A stretch of DNA of 64,000 bases from positions 166,346,001-166,410,000 of the forward strand of contig OZ024742.1 in NCBI GenBank assembly GCA_964016885.1. The letters are read 5' to 3'. Made by a program: the position numbers and the translations under genes. This document shows positions 53,301 through 64,000 of this stretch, in pieces. The first letter of the stretch is position 1, and every line of letters begins with the position of its first letter. Under the pieces are notes generated by a model. It was not told where the DNA came from. It worked only from the letters and a program-made list of their open reading frames with translations, and ran no database searches. This DNA is from Eledone cirrhosa (Eukaryota).

Positions 53301-55300
53301 AAAATCAAGGGGAGATAATTTCCAGCCGTCCAAGGGGAGATAATTTTCAGCCGTCCAAGGGGAGATAATTTCCAGCCGTCCAAGGGGAGATAATTTCCAT
53401 CCTTCCAAGGGGAGATAATTTCCAGCCGTCCAAGGGGAGATAATTTTCAGCCGTCCAAGGGGAGATAATTTCCCGCCAGCCAAGGGAAGATAATATTTTA
53501 AAAAATCAGGCGGAGATAATTTGTAAAAAAAATCAGGGGGAGATAATTTGTAAAAAAATCAGGGGGAGATAATTTGTAAAAAAAAAATCAGGGGGAGATA
53601 ATTTGTAAAAAAAATCAGGGGGAGATAATTTGTAAAAAAAATCAGGGGTAGATAATTTGTAAAAAAAAATCAGGGGGAGATAATTTGTAAAAAAAAAATC
53701 AGGGGGAGATAATTTGTAAAAAAAATCAAGGGGAGATAATTTCCAGCCGTCCAAGGAGAGATAATTTTTAAAAAAAATCAGGCGGAGATAATTTGTAAAA
53801 AAAAATCAAGGGGAGATAATTTGTAAAAAAAAATCAAGGGGAGATAATTTGTAAAAAAAATCAAGGGGAGATAATTTCCAGCCGTCCAAGGGAAGATAAT
53901 TTCCAGCACTCCAAGGGGCTATAATTTCCAGTGTCCAAGGGGAGATAATTTCCAGCCAGCGAAGGGGAGATAATTTTTTTAAAAAAATCAGGGGGAGATA
54001 TGTAAAAAAAATCAGAGGGAGATAATTTCTAAAAAAAATCAAAGGGAGATAATTTCCAGCCGTCCAAAGAGAGATAATTTCTAGCCGTCCAAGGGGAGAT
54101 AATTTCCAGCCAAGGGGAGATAATTTCCAGCCGTCCAAGGGGAGATAATTATTTAAAAAATCAGGTGGAGATAATTTGTAAAAAAAATCAGGGGGAGATA
54201 ATTTGTAAAAACAAAATCAAGGGCAGATAATTTCCAGCTGTCCAAGGGGAGATAATTTCCAGCCGTGCAAGGGGAGATAATTTCCAGCCGTCCAAGGGGA
54301 GATAATTTCCATCCTTCCAAGGGGAGATAATGTCCAGCCGTCCAAGGGGAGATAATTTCCCGCCAGCCAAGGGAAGATAATTTTTAAAAAAATCAGGCGG
54401 AGATTGTAAAAAAAATCAGGGGGAGATAATTTGTAAAAAAAAAATCAGGGGGAGATAATTTGTAAAAAAAATCAGGGGTAGATAATTTGTAAAAAAAAAT
54501 CAGGGGGAGATAATTTGTAAAAAAAAATCAGGGGGAGATAATTTCTAAAAAAATCAAGGGGAGATAATATGCAGCCGTCCAAGGGGAGATAATTTTCAGC
54601 CGTCCAAGGAGAGGTAATTTCTAGCCGTCCAAGGGGAGATAATTTCCAGCCGTCCAAGGGGAGATAATTTCCAGCCGTCCAAGGGGAGATAGTTTTTTTA
54701 AAAAAATCAGGCGGAGATAATTTGTAAAAAAAAAATCAGGGGGAGATAATTTGTAAAAAAAAATCAGAGGGAGATAATTTGTAAAAAAAAATCAGGGGGA
54801 GATAATTTGTAAAAAAAATCAGGGGGAGATAATTAGTAAAAAAAATCAAGGGGAGATAATTTCCAGCCGTCCAAGGGGAGGTAATATCTAGCCGTCCAAG
54901 GGGAGATAATTTCCAGCCGTCCAAGGGGAGATAATTTCCAGCCGTCCAAGGGTAGATAATATCCAGCCGTCCAAGTAGACATATTTTCCAGCCGTCCAAG
55001 GAGAGGTAATTTCTAGCCGTCCAAGGGGAGATAAATTCCAGCCTCCAAGGGGAGATAATTTCCAGCCAGCCAAGGGGAGATAATTTGTAAAAAAATCAGG
55101 GGGAGATAATTTGTAAAAAAAATCAGGGGGAGATAATTTGTAAAAAAAAATCAGGGGGAGATAATTTGTAAAAAAAAATCAGGGGGAGATAATTTGTAAA
55201 AAAAATCAGGGGGAGATAATTTGTAAAAAAAAATCAGGGGGAGATAATTTGTAAAAAAAAATCAGGGGGAGATAATTTGTAAAAAAAAATCAGGGGGAGA
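47400..55300 (+). repeat. Two tandem alpha-family HOR units with a 4,018-4,019 bp period
   Basis: ORF offsets 47722/51741, 48268/52287 and 48823/52842 are 4019; 49788/53806 and 50870/54888 are 4018. CGGCCG is at 48244 and 52263. Confidence 0.88.
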
Positions 55301-55639
55301 TAATTTGTAAAAAAAATCAAGGGGAGATAATTTCCAGCCGTCCAAGGGGAGATAATTTCCAGCCGTCCAAGGGGAGGTAATATCTAGCCGTCCAAGGGGA
55401 GATAATTTCCAGCCGTCCAAGAGGAGATAATTTCCAGCCGTCCAAGGGTAGATAATATCCAGCCGTCCAAGGAGACATATTTTCCAGCCGTCCAAGGAGA
55501 GATAAATTCCAGCCTCCAAGGGGAGATAATTTGTAAAAAAAATCAGGGGGAGATAATTTGTAAAAAAAATCAGGGGGAGATAATTTGTAAAAAAAAATCA
55601 GGGGGAGATAATTTGTAAAAAAAATCAGGGGGAGATAAT

Positions 55640-58600
55640 TTGTAAAAACAAATCAAGGGGAGATAATTTCCAGCCGTCCAAGGGGAGATAATTTTCAGCC
55701 GCCCAAGGGGAGATAATTTCCCGCCAGCCAAGGGAAGATAATATTTAAAAAATCAGGCGGAGATAATTTGTAAAAAAAATCAGGGGGAGATAATTTGTAA
55801 AAAAATCAGGGGGAGATAATTTGTAAAAAAAATCAGGAGGAGATGATTTGTAAAAAAAATCAGGGGTAGATAATTTGTAAAAAAAAATCAGGGGGAGATA
55901 ATTTGTAAAAAAAAATCAGGGGGAGATAATTTGTAAAAAAAATCAAGAGGAGATAATTTCCAGCCGTCCAAGGGGAGATAATTTTCAGCCGTCCAAGGGG
56001 AGATAATTTCCAGCCGTCCAAGGGGAGATAATTTCCATCCTTCCAAGGGGAGATAATTTCCAGCCGTCCAAGGGGAGATAATTTCCCGCCAACCAAGGGA
56101 AGATAATTTTTAAAAAAATCAGGCGGAGATTGTAAAAAAAATCAGGGGGAGATAATTTGTAAAAAAATCAGGGGGAGATAATTTGTAAAAAAAAAATCAG
56201 GGGGAGATAATTTGTAAAAAAAATCAGGGGGAGATAATTTGTAAAAAAAAATCAAGGGGAGATAATTTGTACAAAAAATCAGGGGTATATAATTTGTAAA
56301 AAAAAATCAGGGGGAGATAATTTGTAAAAAAAAATCAGGGGGAGATAATTTGTAAAAAAAATCAAGGGGAGATAATTTGCAGCCGTCCAAGGGGAGATAA
56401 TTTTCAGCCGTCCAAGGAGAGGTAATTTCTAGCCGTCCAAGGTGAGATAATATCCAGCCGTCCAAGGGGAGATAATTTCCAGCCGTCCAAGGGGAGATAA
56501 TTTTAAAAAAAAAACAGGCGAAGATAATTTGTAAAAAAAAAATCAGGGGGAGATAATTTGTAAAAAAAAATCAGGGGGAGATAATTTGTAAAAAAAATCA
56601 GGGGGAGGTAATTTGTAAAAAAAATCAAGGGGAGATAATTTCCAGCCGTCCAAGGGAAGATAATTTCCAGCCCTCCAAGGGGCTATAATTTCCAGCGTCC
56701 AAGGGGAGATAATTTCCAGCCAGCGAAGGGGAGATAATTTTTTTTTTTTTAAATCAGGGGGACATAATTTGTAAAAAAAATCAGGGGGAGATAATTTGTA
56801 AAAAAAATTAAGGGGAGATAATTTGTAAAAAAAAATCAAGGGGAGATAATTTCCAGCCGTCCAAGGAGAGGTAATTTCTAGACGTCCAAGGGGAGATAAT
56901 TTCCAGCCGTCCAAGGGGAGATAATTTCCAGCCGTCCAAGGGTAGATAATATCCAGCCGTCCAAGGAGACATATTTTCCAGCTTTCCAAGGAGAGGTAAT
57001 TTCTAGCCGTCCAAGGGGAGATAAATTCCAGCCTCCAAGGGGAGATAATTTCCAGCCAGCCAAGGGGAGATAATTTGTAAAAAAAATCAGGGGGAGATAA
57101 TTTGTAAAAAAAATCAGCGGGAGATAATTTGTAAAAAAAATCAGGGGGAGATAATTTCCAGCCGTCCAAGGGGAGATAATTTTCAGCCGTCCAAGGGGAG
57201 ATAATTTCCCGCCAGCCAAGGGAAGATAATATTTAAAAAATGAGGCGGAGATAATTTGTAAAAAAAATCAGGGGGAGATAATTTGTAAAAAAATCAGGGG
57301 GAGATAATTTGTAAAAAAAAAATCAGGGGGAGATAATTTGTAAAAAAAATCAGGGGGAGATAATTTGTAAAAAAAAATCAGGGGTAGATAATTTGTAAAA
57401 AAAAATCAGGGGGAGATAATTTGTAAAAAAAATCAGGGGGAGATAATTTATAAAAAAAATCAAGGGGAGATAATTTCCAGCCGTCCAAGGGAAGATAATT
57501 TCAAGCCCTCCAAGGGGCTATAATTTCCAGTGTCCAAGGGGAGATAATTTCCAGCCAGCGAAGGGGAGATAATTTTTTTTTAAAAATCAGGGGGAGATTT
57601 GTAAAAAAAATCAGGGGGAGATAATTTGTAAAAAAAATCAAAGGGAGATAATTTCCAGCCGTCCAAAGAGATAATTTCTAGCCGTCCAAGGGGAGATAAT
57701 TTCGAGCCAAGGGGAGATAATTTCCAGCCGTCCAAGGGGAGATAATTTTTTAAAAAATCAGGTGGAGATAATTTGTAAAAAAAATCAGGGGGAGATAATT
57801 TGTAAAAACAAAATCAAGGGCAGATAATTTCCAGCTGTCCAAGGAGAGATAATTTCCAGCCGTGCAAGGGGAGATAATTTCCAGCCGTCCAAGGGGAGAT
57901 AATTTCCATCCTTCCAAGGGGAGATAATTTCCAGCCGTCCAAGGGGAGATAATTTCCCGCCAGCCAAGGGAAGATAATTTTTTAAAAAATCAGGCGGAGA
58001 TTGTAAAAAAAATCAGGGGGAGATAATTTGTAAAAAAATCAGGGGGAGATAATTTGTAAAAAAATCAAGGGGAGATAATTTCCAGCTGTCCAAGGGGAGG
58101 TAATATCTAGCCGTCCAAGGGGAGATAATTTCCAGCCGTCCAAGGGGAGATAATTTCCAGCCGTCCAAGGGTAGATAATATCCAGCCGTCCAAGGAGACA
58201 TATTTTCCAGCCGTCCAAGGAGAGGTAATTTCTAGCCGTCCAAGTGGAGATAAATTCCAGCCTCCAAGGGGAGATAATTTCCAGCCAGCCAAGGGGAGAT
58301 AATTTGTAAAAAAATCAGGGGGAGATAATTTGTAAAAAAAATCAGGGGGAGATAATTTGTAAAAAAAAATCAGGGGGAGATAATTTGTAAAAAAAATCAG
58401 GGGGAGATAATTTGTAAAAAAAATCAAGGGGAGATAATTTCCAGCCGTCCAAGGGGAGATAATTTTCAGCCGTCCAAGGGGAGATAATTTCCCGCCAGCC
58501 AAGGGAAGATAATATTTAAAAAATGAGGCGGAGATAATTTGTAAAAAAAAATCAGGGGTAGATAATTTGTAAAAAAAATCAGGGGGAGATAATTTGTAAA

Positions 58601-59520
58601 AAAAATCAAGGGGAGATAATTTCCAGCCGTCCAAGGAGAGATAATTTTTAAAAAAAATCAGGCGGAGATAATTTGTAAAAAAAAAATCAGGGGGAGATAA
58701 TTTGTAAAAAAAAATCAGGGGGAGATAATTTGTAAAAAAAATCAAGGGGAGATAATTTCCAGCCGTCCAAGGGGAGATAATTTTCAGCCGTCCAAGGGGA
58801 GATAATTTCCAGCCGTCCAAGGGGAGATAATTTTAAAAAAAAATCAGGCGGAGATAATTTGTAAAAAAAATCAAGGGGAGATAATTTGCAACCGTCCAAG
58901 GGGACATAATTTTCAGTCGTCCAAGGAGAGGTAATTTCTAGCCGTACAAGGGGAGATAATTTCCAGCCGTCCAAGGGGAGATAATTTCCAGCCGTCCAAG
59001 GGGAGATAATTTTTTTTTAAAAATCAGGCGGAGATAATTTGTAAAAAAAAAATCAGGGGGAGATAATTTGTAAAAAAAAATCAGGGGGAGATAATTTGTA
59101 AAAAAAAATCAGGGGGAGATAATTTGTAAAAAAAATCAAGGGGAGATAATTTCCAGCCGTCCAAGGGAAGATAATTTCCAGCCCTCCAAGGGGCTATAAT
59201 TTCCAGCGTCCAAGGGGAGATAATTTCCAGCCAGCGAAGGGGAGATAATTGTTTTAAAAAAATCATTGGGAGATTTGTAAAAAAAATCAGGGGGAGATAA
59301 TTAATAAAAAAAATCAAGGGGAGATAATTTCCAGCCGTCCAAGGGGAGGTAATATCTAGCCGTACAAGGGGAGATAATTTCCAGCCGTCCAAGGGTAGAT
59401 AATATCCAGCCGTCCAAGGAGACATATTTTCCAGCCGTCCAAGGAGAGGTAATTTCTAGCCGTCCAAGGGGAGATAAATTCCAGCCTCCAAGGGGAGATA
59501 ATTTCCAGCCAGCCAAGGGG
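55640..59520 (+). repeat. Single beta-family HOR unit
   Basis: Full beta marker series: CCGCCCAAGG ~55700, GGGGTATAT ~56285, GACGTC 56881, TTCGAGCC ~57702, GCAACC ~58889, ATCATTGGGAG ~59263. Confidence 0.85.
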
Positions 59521-62500
59521 AGATAATTTGTAAAAAAATCAGGGGGAGATAATTTGTAAAAAAAATCAGGGGTAGATAATTTGTAAAAAAAAATCAGGGG
59601 GAGATAATTTGTAAAAAAAAATCAGGGGGAGATAATTTGTAAAAAAAATCAAGGGGAGATAATTTCCAGCCGTCCAAGGAGAGATAATTTAAAAAAAAAA
59701 TCAGGCGGAGATAATTTGTAAAAAAAAATCAGGGGGAGATAATTTGTAAAAAAAAATCAGGGGGAGATAATTTGTAAAAGAAATCAAGGGGAGATAATTT
59801 CCAGCCGTCCAAGGGGAGATAATTTCCAGCCGTCCAAGGGGAGATAATTTTTTTAAAAAAATCAGGCGGAGATAATTTGTAAAAAAAAATCAGGGGGTGA
59901 TAATTTCCAGCCGTCCAAGGTAAGATAATTTCCAGCCCTCCAAGGGGCTATAATTTCCAGCCGTCCAAGGGTAGATAATATCCAGCCGTCCAAGTAGACA
60001 TATTTTCCAGCCGTCCAAGGAGAGGTAATTTCTAGCCGTCCAAGGGGAGATAAATTCCAGCCTCCAAGGGGAGATAATTTCCAGCCAGCCAAGGGGAGAT
60101 AATTTGTAAAAAAATCAGGGGGAGATAATTTGTAAAAAAAATCAGGGGGAGATAATTTGTAAAAAAAAATCAGGGGGAGATAATTTGTAAAAAAAAATCA
60201 GGAGGAGATAATTTGTAAAAAAAAATCAGGGGGAGATAATTTCCAGCCGTCCAAGGGGAGATAATTTTCAGCCGTCCAAGGGTAGATAATATCCAGCCGT
60301 CCAAGTAGACATTTTCCAGCCGTCCAAGGAGAGGTAATTTCTAGCCGTCCAAGGGGAGATAAATTCCAGCCTCCAAGGGGAGATAATTTCCAGCCAGCCA
60401 AGGGGAGATAATTTGTAAAAAAATCAGGGGGAGATAATTTGTAAAAAAAATCAGGGGGAGATAATTTGTAAAAAAAAATCAGGGGGAGATAATTTGTAAA
60501 AAAAAATCAGGGGGAGATAATTTGTAAAAAAAAATCAGGGGGAGATAATTTGTAAAAAAAATCAAGGGGAGATAATTTCCAGCCGTCCAAGGGGAGATAA
60601 TTTTCAGCCGTCCAAGGGGAGATAATTTCCAGCCGTCCAAGGGGAGATAATTTCCATCCTTCCAAGGGGAGATAATTTCCAGCCGTCCAAGGGGAGATAA
60701 TTTTCAGCCGTCCAAGGGGAGATAATTTCCCGCCAGCCAAGGGAAGATAATATTTTAAAAAATCAGGCGGAGATAATTTGTAAAAAAAATCAGGGGGAGA
60801 TAATTTGTAAAAAAATCAGGGGGAGATAATTTGTAAAAAAAAAATCAGGGGGAGATAATTTGTAAAAAAAATCAGGGGGAGATAATTTGTAAAAAAAAAT
60901 CAGGGGTAGATAATTTGTAAAAAAAAATCAGGGGGAGATAATTTGTAAAAAAAAATCAGGGGGAGATAATTTGTAAAAAAAATCAGGGGGAGATAATTTG
61001 TAAAAAAAAATCAGGGGGAGATAATTTCCGGCCGTCCAAGGGGAGATAATTTTCAGCCGTCCAAGGGGAGATAATTTCCCGCCAGCCAAGGGAAGATAAT
61101 ATTTAAAAAAATCAGGCGGAGATAATTTGTAAAAAAAATCAGGGGGAGATAATTTGTAAAAAAATCAGGGGGAGATAATTTGTAAAAAAAATCAAGGGGA
61201 GATAATTTCCAGCCGTCCAAGGGGAGGTAATATCTAGCCGTCCAAGGGGAGATAATTTCCAGCCGTCCAAGAGGAGATAATTTCCAGCCGTCCAAGGGTA
61301 GATAATATCCAGCCGTCCAAGGAGACATATTTTCCAGCCGTCCAAGGAGAGGTAATTTCTAGCCGTCCAAGGGGAGATAAATTCCAGCCTCCAAGGGGAG
61401 ATAATTTCCAGCCAGCCAAGGGGAGATAATTTGTAAAAAAAATCAGGGGGAGATAATTTGTAAAAAAAATCAGGGGGAGATAATTTGTAAAAAAATCAGG
61501 GGGAGATAATTTGTAAAAAAAAAATCAGGGGGAGATAATTTGTAAAAAAAATCAGGGGGAGATGATTTGTAAAAAAAAATCAGGGGTAGATAATTTGTAA
61601 AAAAAAATCAGGGGGTGATAATTTGTAAAAAAAAATCAGGGGGAGATAATTTGTAAAAAAAATCAAGGGGAGATAATTTCCAGCCGTCGAAGGGAAGATA
61701 ATTTCCAGCCCTCCAAGGGGCTATAATTTCCAGCGTCCAAGGGGAGATAATTTCCAGCCGTCCAAGGGGAGATAATTTTCAGCCGTCCAAGGGGAGATAA
61801 TTTCCCGCCAGCCAAGGGAAGATAATATTTTAAAAAATCAGGCGGAGATAATTTGTAAAAAAAATCAGGGGGAGATAATTTGTAAAAAAATCAGGGGGAG
61901 ATAATTTGTAAAAAAAAAATCAGGGGGAGATAATTTGTAAAAAAAATCAGGGGGAGATAATTTGTAAAAAAAAATCAGGGGTAGATAATTTGTAAAAAAA
62001 AATCAGGGGGAGATAATTTGTAAAAAAAAAATCAGGGGGAGATAATTTGTAAAAAAAATCAAGGGGAGATAATTTCCAGCCGTCCAAGGAGAGATAATTT
62101 TTAAAAAAAATCAGGCGGAGATAATTTGTAAAAAAAAATCAAGGGGAGATAATTTGTAAAAAAAAATCAAGGGGAGATAATTTGTAAAAAAAATCAAGGG
62201 GAGATAATTTCCAGCCGTCCAAGGGAAGATAATTTCCAGCACTCCAAGGGGCTATAATTTCCAGTGTCCAAGGGGAGATAATTTCCAGCCAGCGAAGGGG
62301 AGATAATTTTTTTAAAAAAATCAGGGGGAGATATGTAAAAAAAATCAGAGGGAGATAATTTCTAAAAAAAATCAAAGGGAGATAATTTCCAGCCGTCCAA
62401 AGAGAGATAATTTCTAGCCGTCCAAGGGGAGATAATTTCCAGCCAAGGGGAGATAATTTCCAGCCGTCCAAGGGGAGATAATTATTTAAAAAATCAGGTG

Positions 62501-64000
62501 GAGATAATTTGTAAAAAAAATCAGGGGGAGATAATTTGTAAAAACAAAATCAAGGGCAGATAATTTCCAGCTGTCCAAGGGGAGATAATTTCCAGCCGTG
62601 CAAGGGGAGATAATTTCCAGCCGTCCAAGGGGAGATAATTTCCATCCTTCCAAGGGGAGATAATGTCCAGCCGTCCAAGGGGAGATAATTTCCCGCCAGC
62701 CAAGGGAAGATAATTTTTAAAAAAATCAGGCGGAGATTGTAAAAAAAATCAGGGGGAGATAATTTGTAAAAAAAAAATCAGGGGGAGATAATTTGTAAAA
62801 AAAATCAGGGGTAGATAATTTGTAAAAAAAAATCAGGGGGAGATAATTTGTAAAAAAAAATCAGGGGGAGATAATTTCTAAAAAAATCAAGGGGAGATAA
62901 TATGCAGCCGTCCAAGGGGAGATAATTTTCAGCCGTCCAAGGAGAGGTAATTTCTAGCCGTCCAAGGGGAGATAATTTCCAGCCGTCCAAGGGGAGATAA
63001 TTTCCAGCCGTCCAAGGGGAGATAGTTTTTTTAAAAAAATCAGGCGGAGATAATTTGTAAAAAAAAAATCAGGGGGAGATAATTTGTAAAAAAAAATCAG
63101 GGGGAGATAATTTGTAAAAAAAAATCAGGGGGAGATAATTTGTAAAAAAAATCAGGGGGAGATAATTAGTAAAAAAAATCAAGGGGAGATAATTTCCAGC
63201 CGTCCAAGGGGAGGTAATATCTAGCCGTCCAAGGGGAGATAATTTCCAGCCGTCCAAGGGGAGATAATTTCCAGCCGTCCAAGGGTAGATAATATCCAGC
63301 CGTCCAAGTAGACATATTTTCCAGCCGTCCAAGGAGAGGTAATTTCTAGCCGTCCAAGGGGAGATAAATTCCAGCCTCCAAGGGGAGATAATTTCCAGCC
63401 AGCCAAGGGGAGATAATTTGTAAAAAAATCAGGGGGAGATAATTTGTAAAAAAAATCAGGGGGAGATAATTTGTAAAAAAAAATCAGGGGGAGATAATTT
63501 GTAAAAAAAAATCAGGGGGAGATAATTTGTAAAAAAAATCAAGGGGAGATAATTTGTAAAAAAAAATCAGGGGGAGATAATTTGTAAAAAAAAATCAGGG
63601 GGAGATAATTTGTAAAAAAAAATCAGGGGGAGATAATTTGTAAAAAAAATCAAGGGGAGATAATTTCCAGCCGTCCAAGGAGAGATAATTTAAAAAAAAA
63701 ATCAGGCGGAGATAATTTGTAAAAAAAATCAGGGGGAGATAATTTGTAAAAAAAAATCAGGGGGAGATAATTTGTAAAAAAAATCAGGGGGAGATAATTT
63801 CCAGCCGTCCAAGGTAAGATAATTTCCAGCCCTCCAAGGGGCTATAATTTCCAGCCGTCCAAGGGTAGATAATATCCAGCCGTCCAAGTAGACATATTTT
63901 CCAGCCGTCCAAGGAGAGGTAATTTCTAGCCGTCCAAGGGGAGATAAATTCCAGCCTCCAAGGGGAGATAATTTCCAGCCAGCCAAGGGGAGATAATTTG
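59520..64000 (+). repeat. Alpha-family HOR sequence with internal rearrangements, running off the window end
   Basis: CGGCCG at 61029. ORFs 62139-63729 match 49788-51378 at a constant 12,351 offset. Confidence 0.8.

Larger units (their letters stand above)
1..64000. repeat. Compound satellite DNA array of two 25-29 bp monomer types sharing the core GGGGAGATAATTT; extends beyond both window edges
   Basis: Every line consists of head-to-tail GGGGAGATAATTTCCAGCCGTCCAA (type A) or GGGGGAGATAATTTGT(A)nTCA (type B), or variants of these. All are in one orientation. About 2,400-2,500 monomers are estimated from 64,000 divided by ~26 bp. Confidence 0.99.

Noticed and set aside
239-63986. Well over a hundred minus-strand ORFs of 60-266 aa (e.g. 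19193-19993, 58107-58820) with motifs such as KLSPLGRLEIISPWTAGNYLPLDGW, TNYLPLIFF and YKLSPPDFF
   Set aside because: They are translations of the 25 bp and 27 bp monomers in shifting frames. They overlap each other, their lengths depend on A-tract length, and most begin at non-ATG codons. The + strand is closed by TAA in nearly every monomer, which explains the strand bias. No domain or gene context is visible.
1-64000. CRISPR-like pattern of a constant repeat plus a variable spacer
   Set aside because: The constant part is only 13 bp, and the 'spacers' are 12-16 bp of two recurring types rather than unique sequences. There is no leader and no cas gene.
1-64000. Telomerase-synthesised telomeric repeat (some budding yeasts have ~25 bp units)
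   Set aside because: Two monomer types with inherited variants, kilobase HORs and a length above 64 kb point to recombinational amplification rather than templated addition. It matches no telomere motif I recognise. A subtelomeric location is not excluded.
1-64000. Embedded transposon, inversion or unique island
   Set aside because: I found no non-monomer sequence and no reverse-complement monomer (AAATTATCTCCCC) on the + strand when reading through. A very short insertion could have been missed by eye.

Overview
The whole 64 kb window is one uninterrupted, single-orientation satellite array. I see no unique sequence, credible gene, RNA gene, transposon or CRISPR array. It is built from two related monomers sharing the core GGGGAGATAATTT: type A, GGGGAGATAATTTCCAGCCGTCCAA (25 bp, about 52% GC), and type B, GGGGGAGATAATTTGT(A7-10)TCA (26-29 bp, about 30% GC). 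The monomers form alternating runs joined by stereotyped junction monomers. The runs form recurring cassettes, and the cassettes form two ~4 kb higher-order repeat (HOR) families, called alpha and beta here. On top of these sit a 3,018 bp tandem duplication and an apparently exact 17,391 bp tandem duplication. All listed ORFs are minus-strand read-throughs of the repeat. The organism and chromosomal location (centromeric, subtelomeric or other heterochromatin) cannot be determined from the sequence. Coordinates were read by eye and from ORF-track offsets, so block boundaries are approximate.
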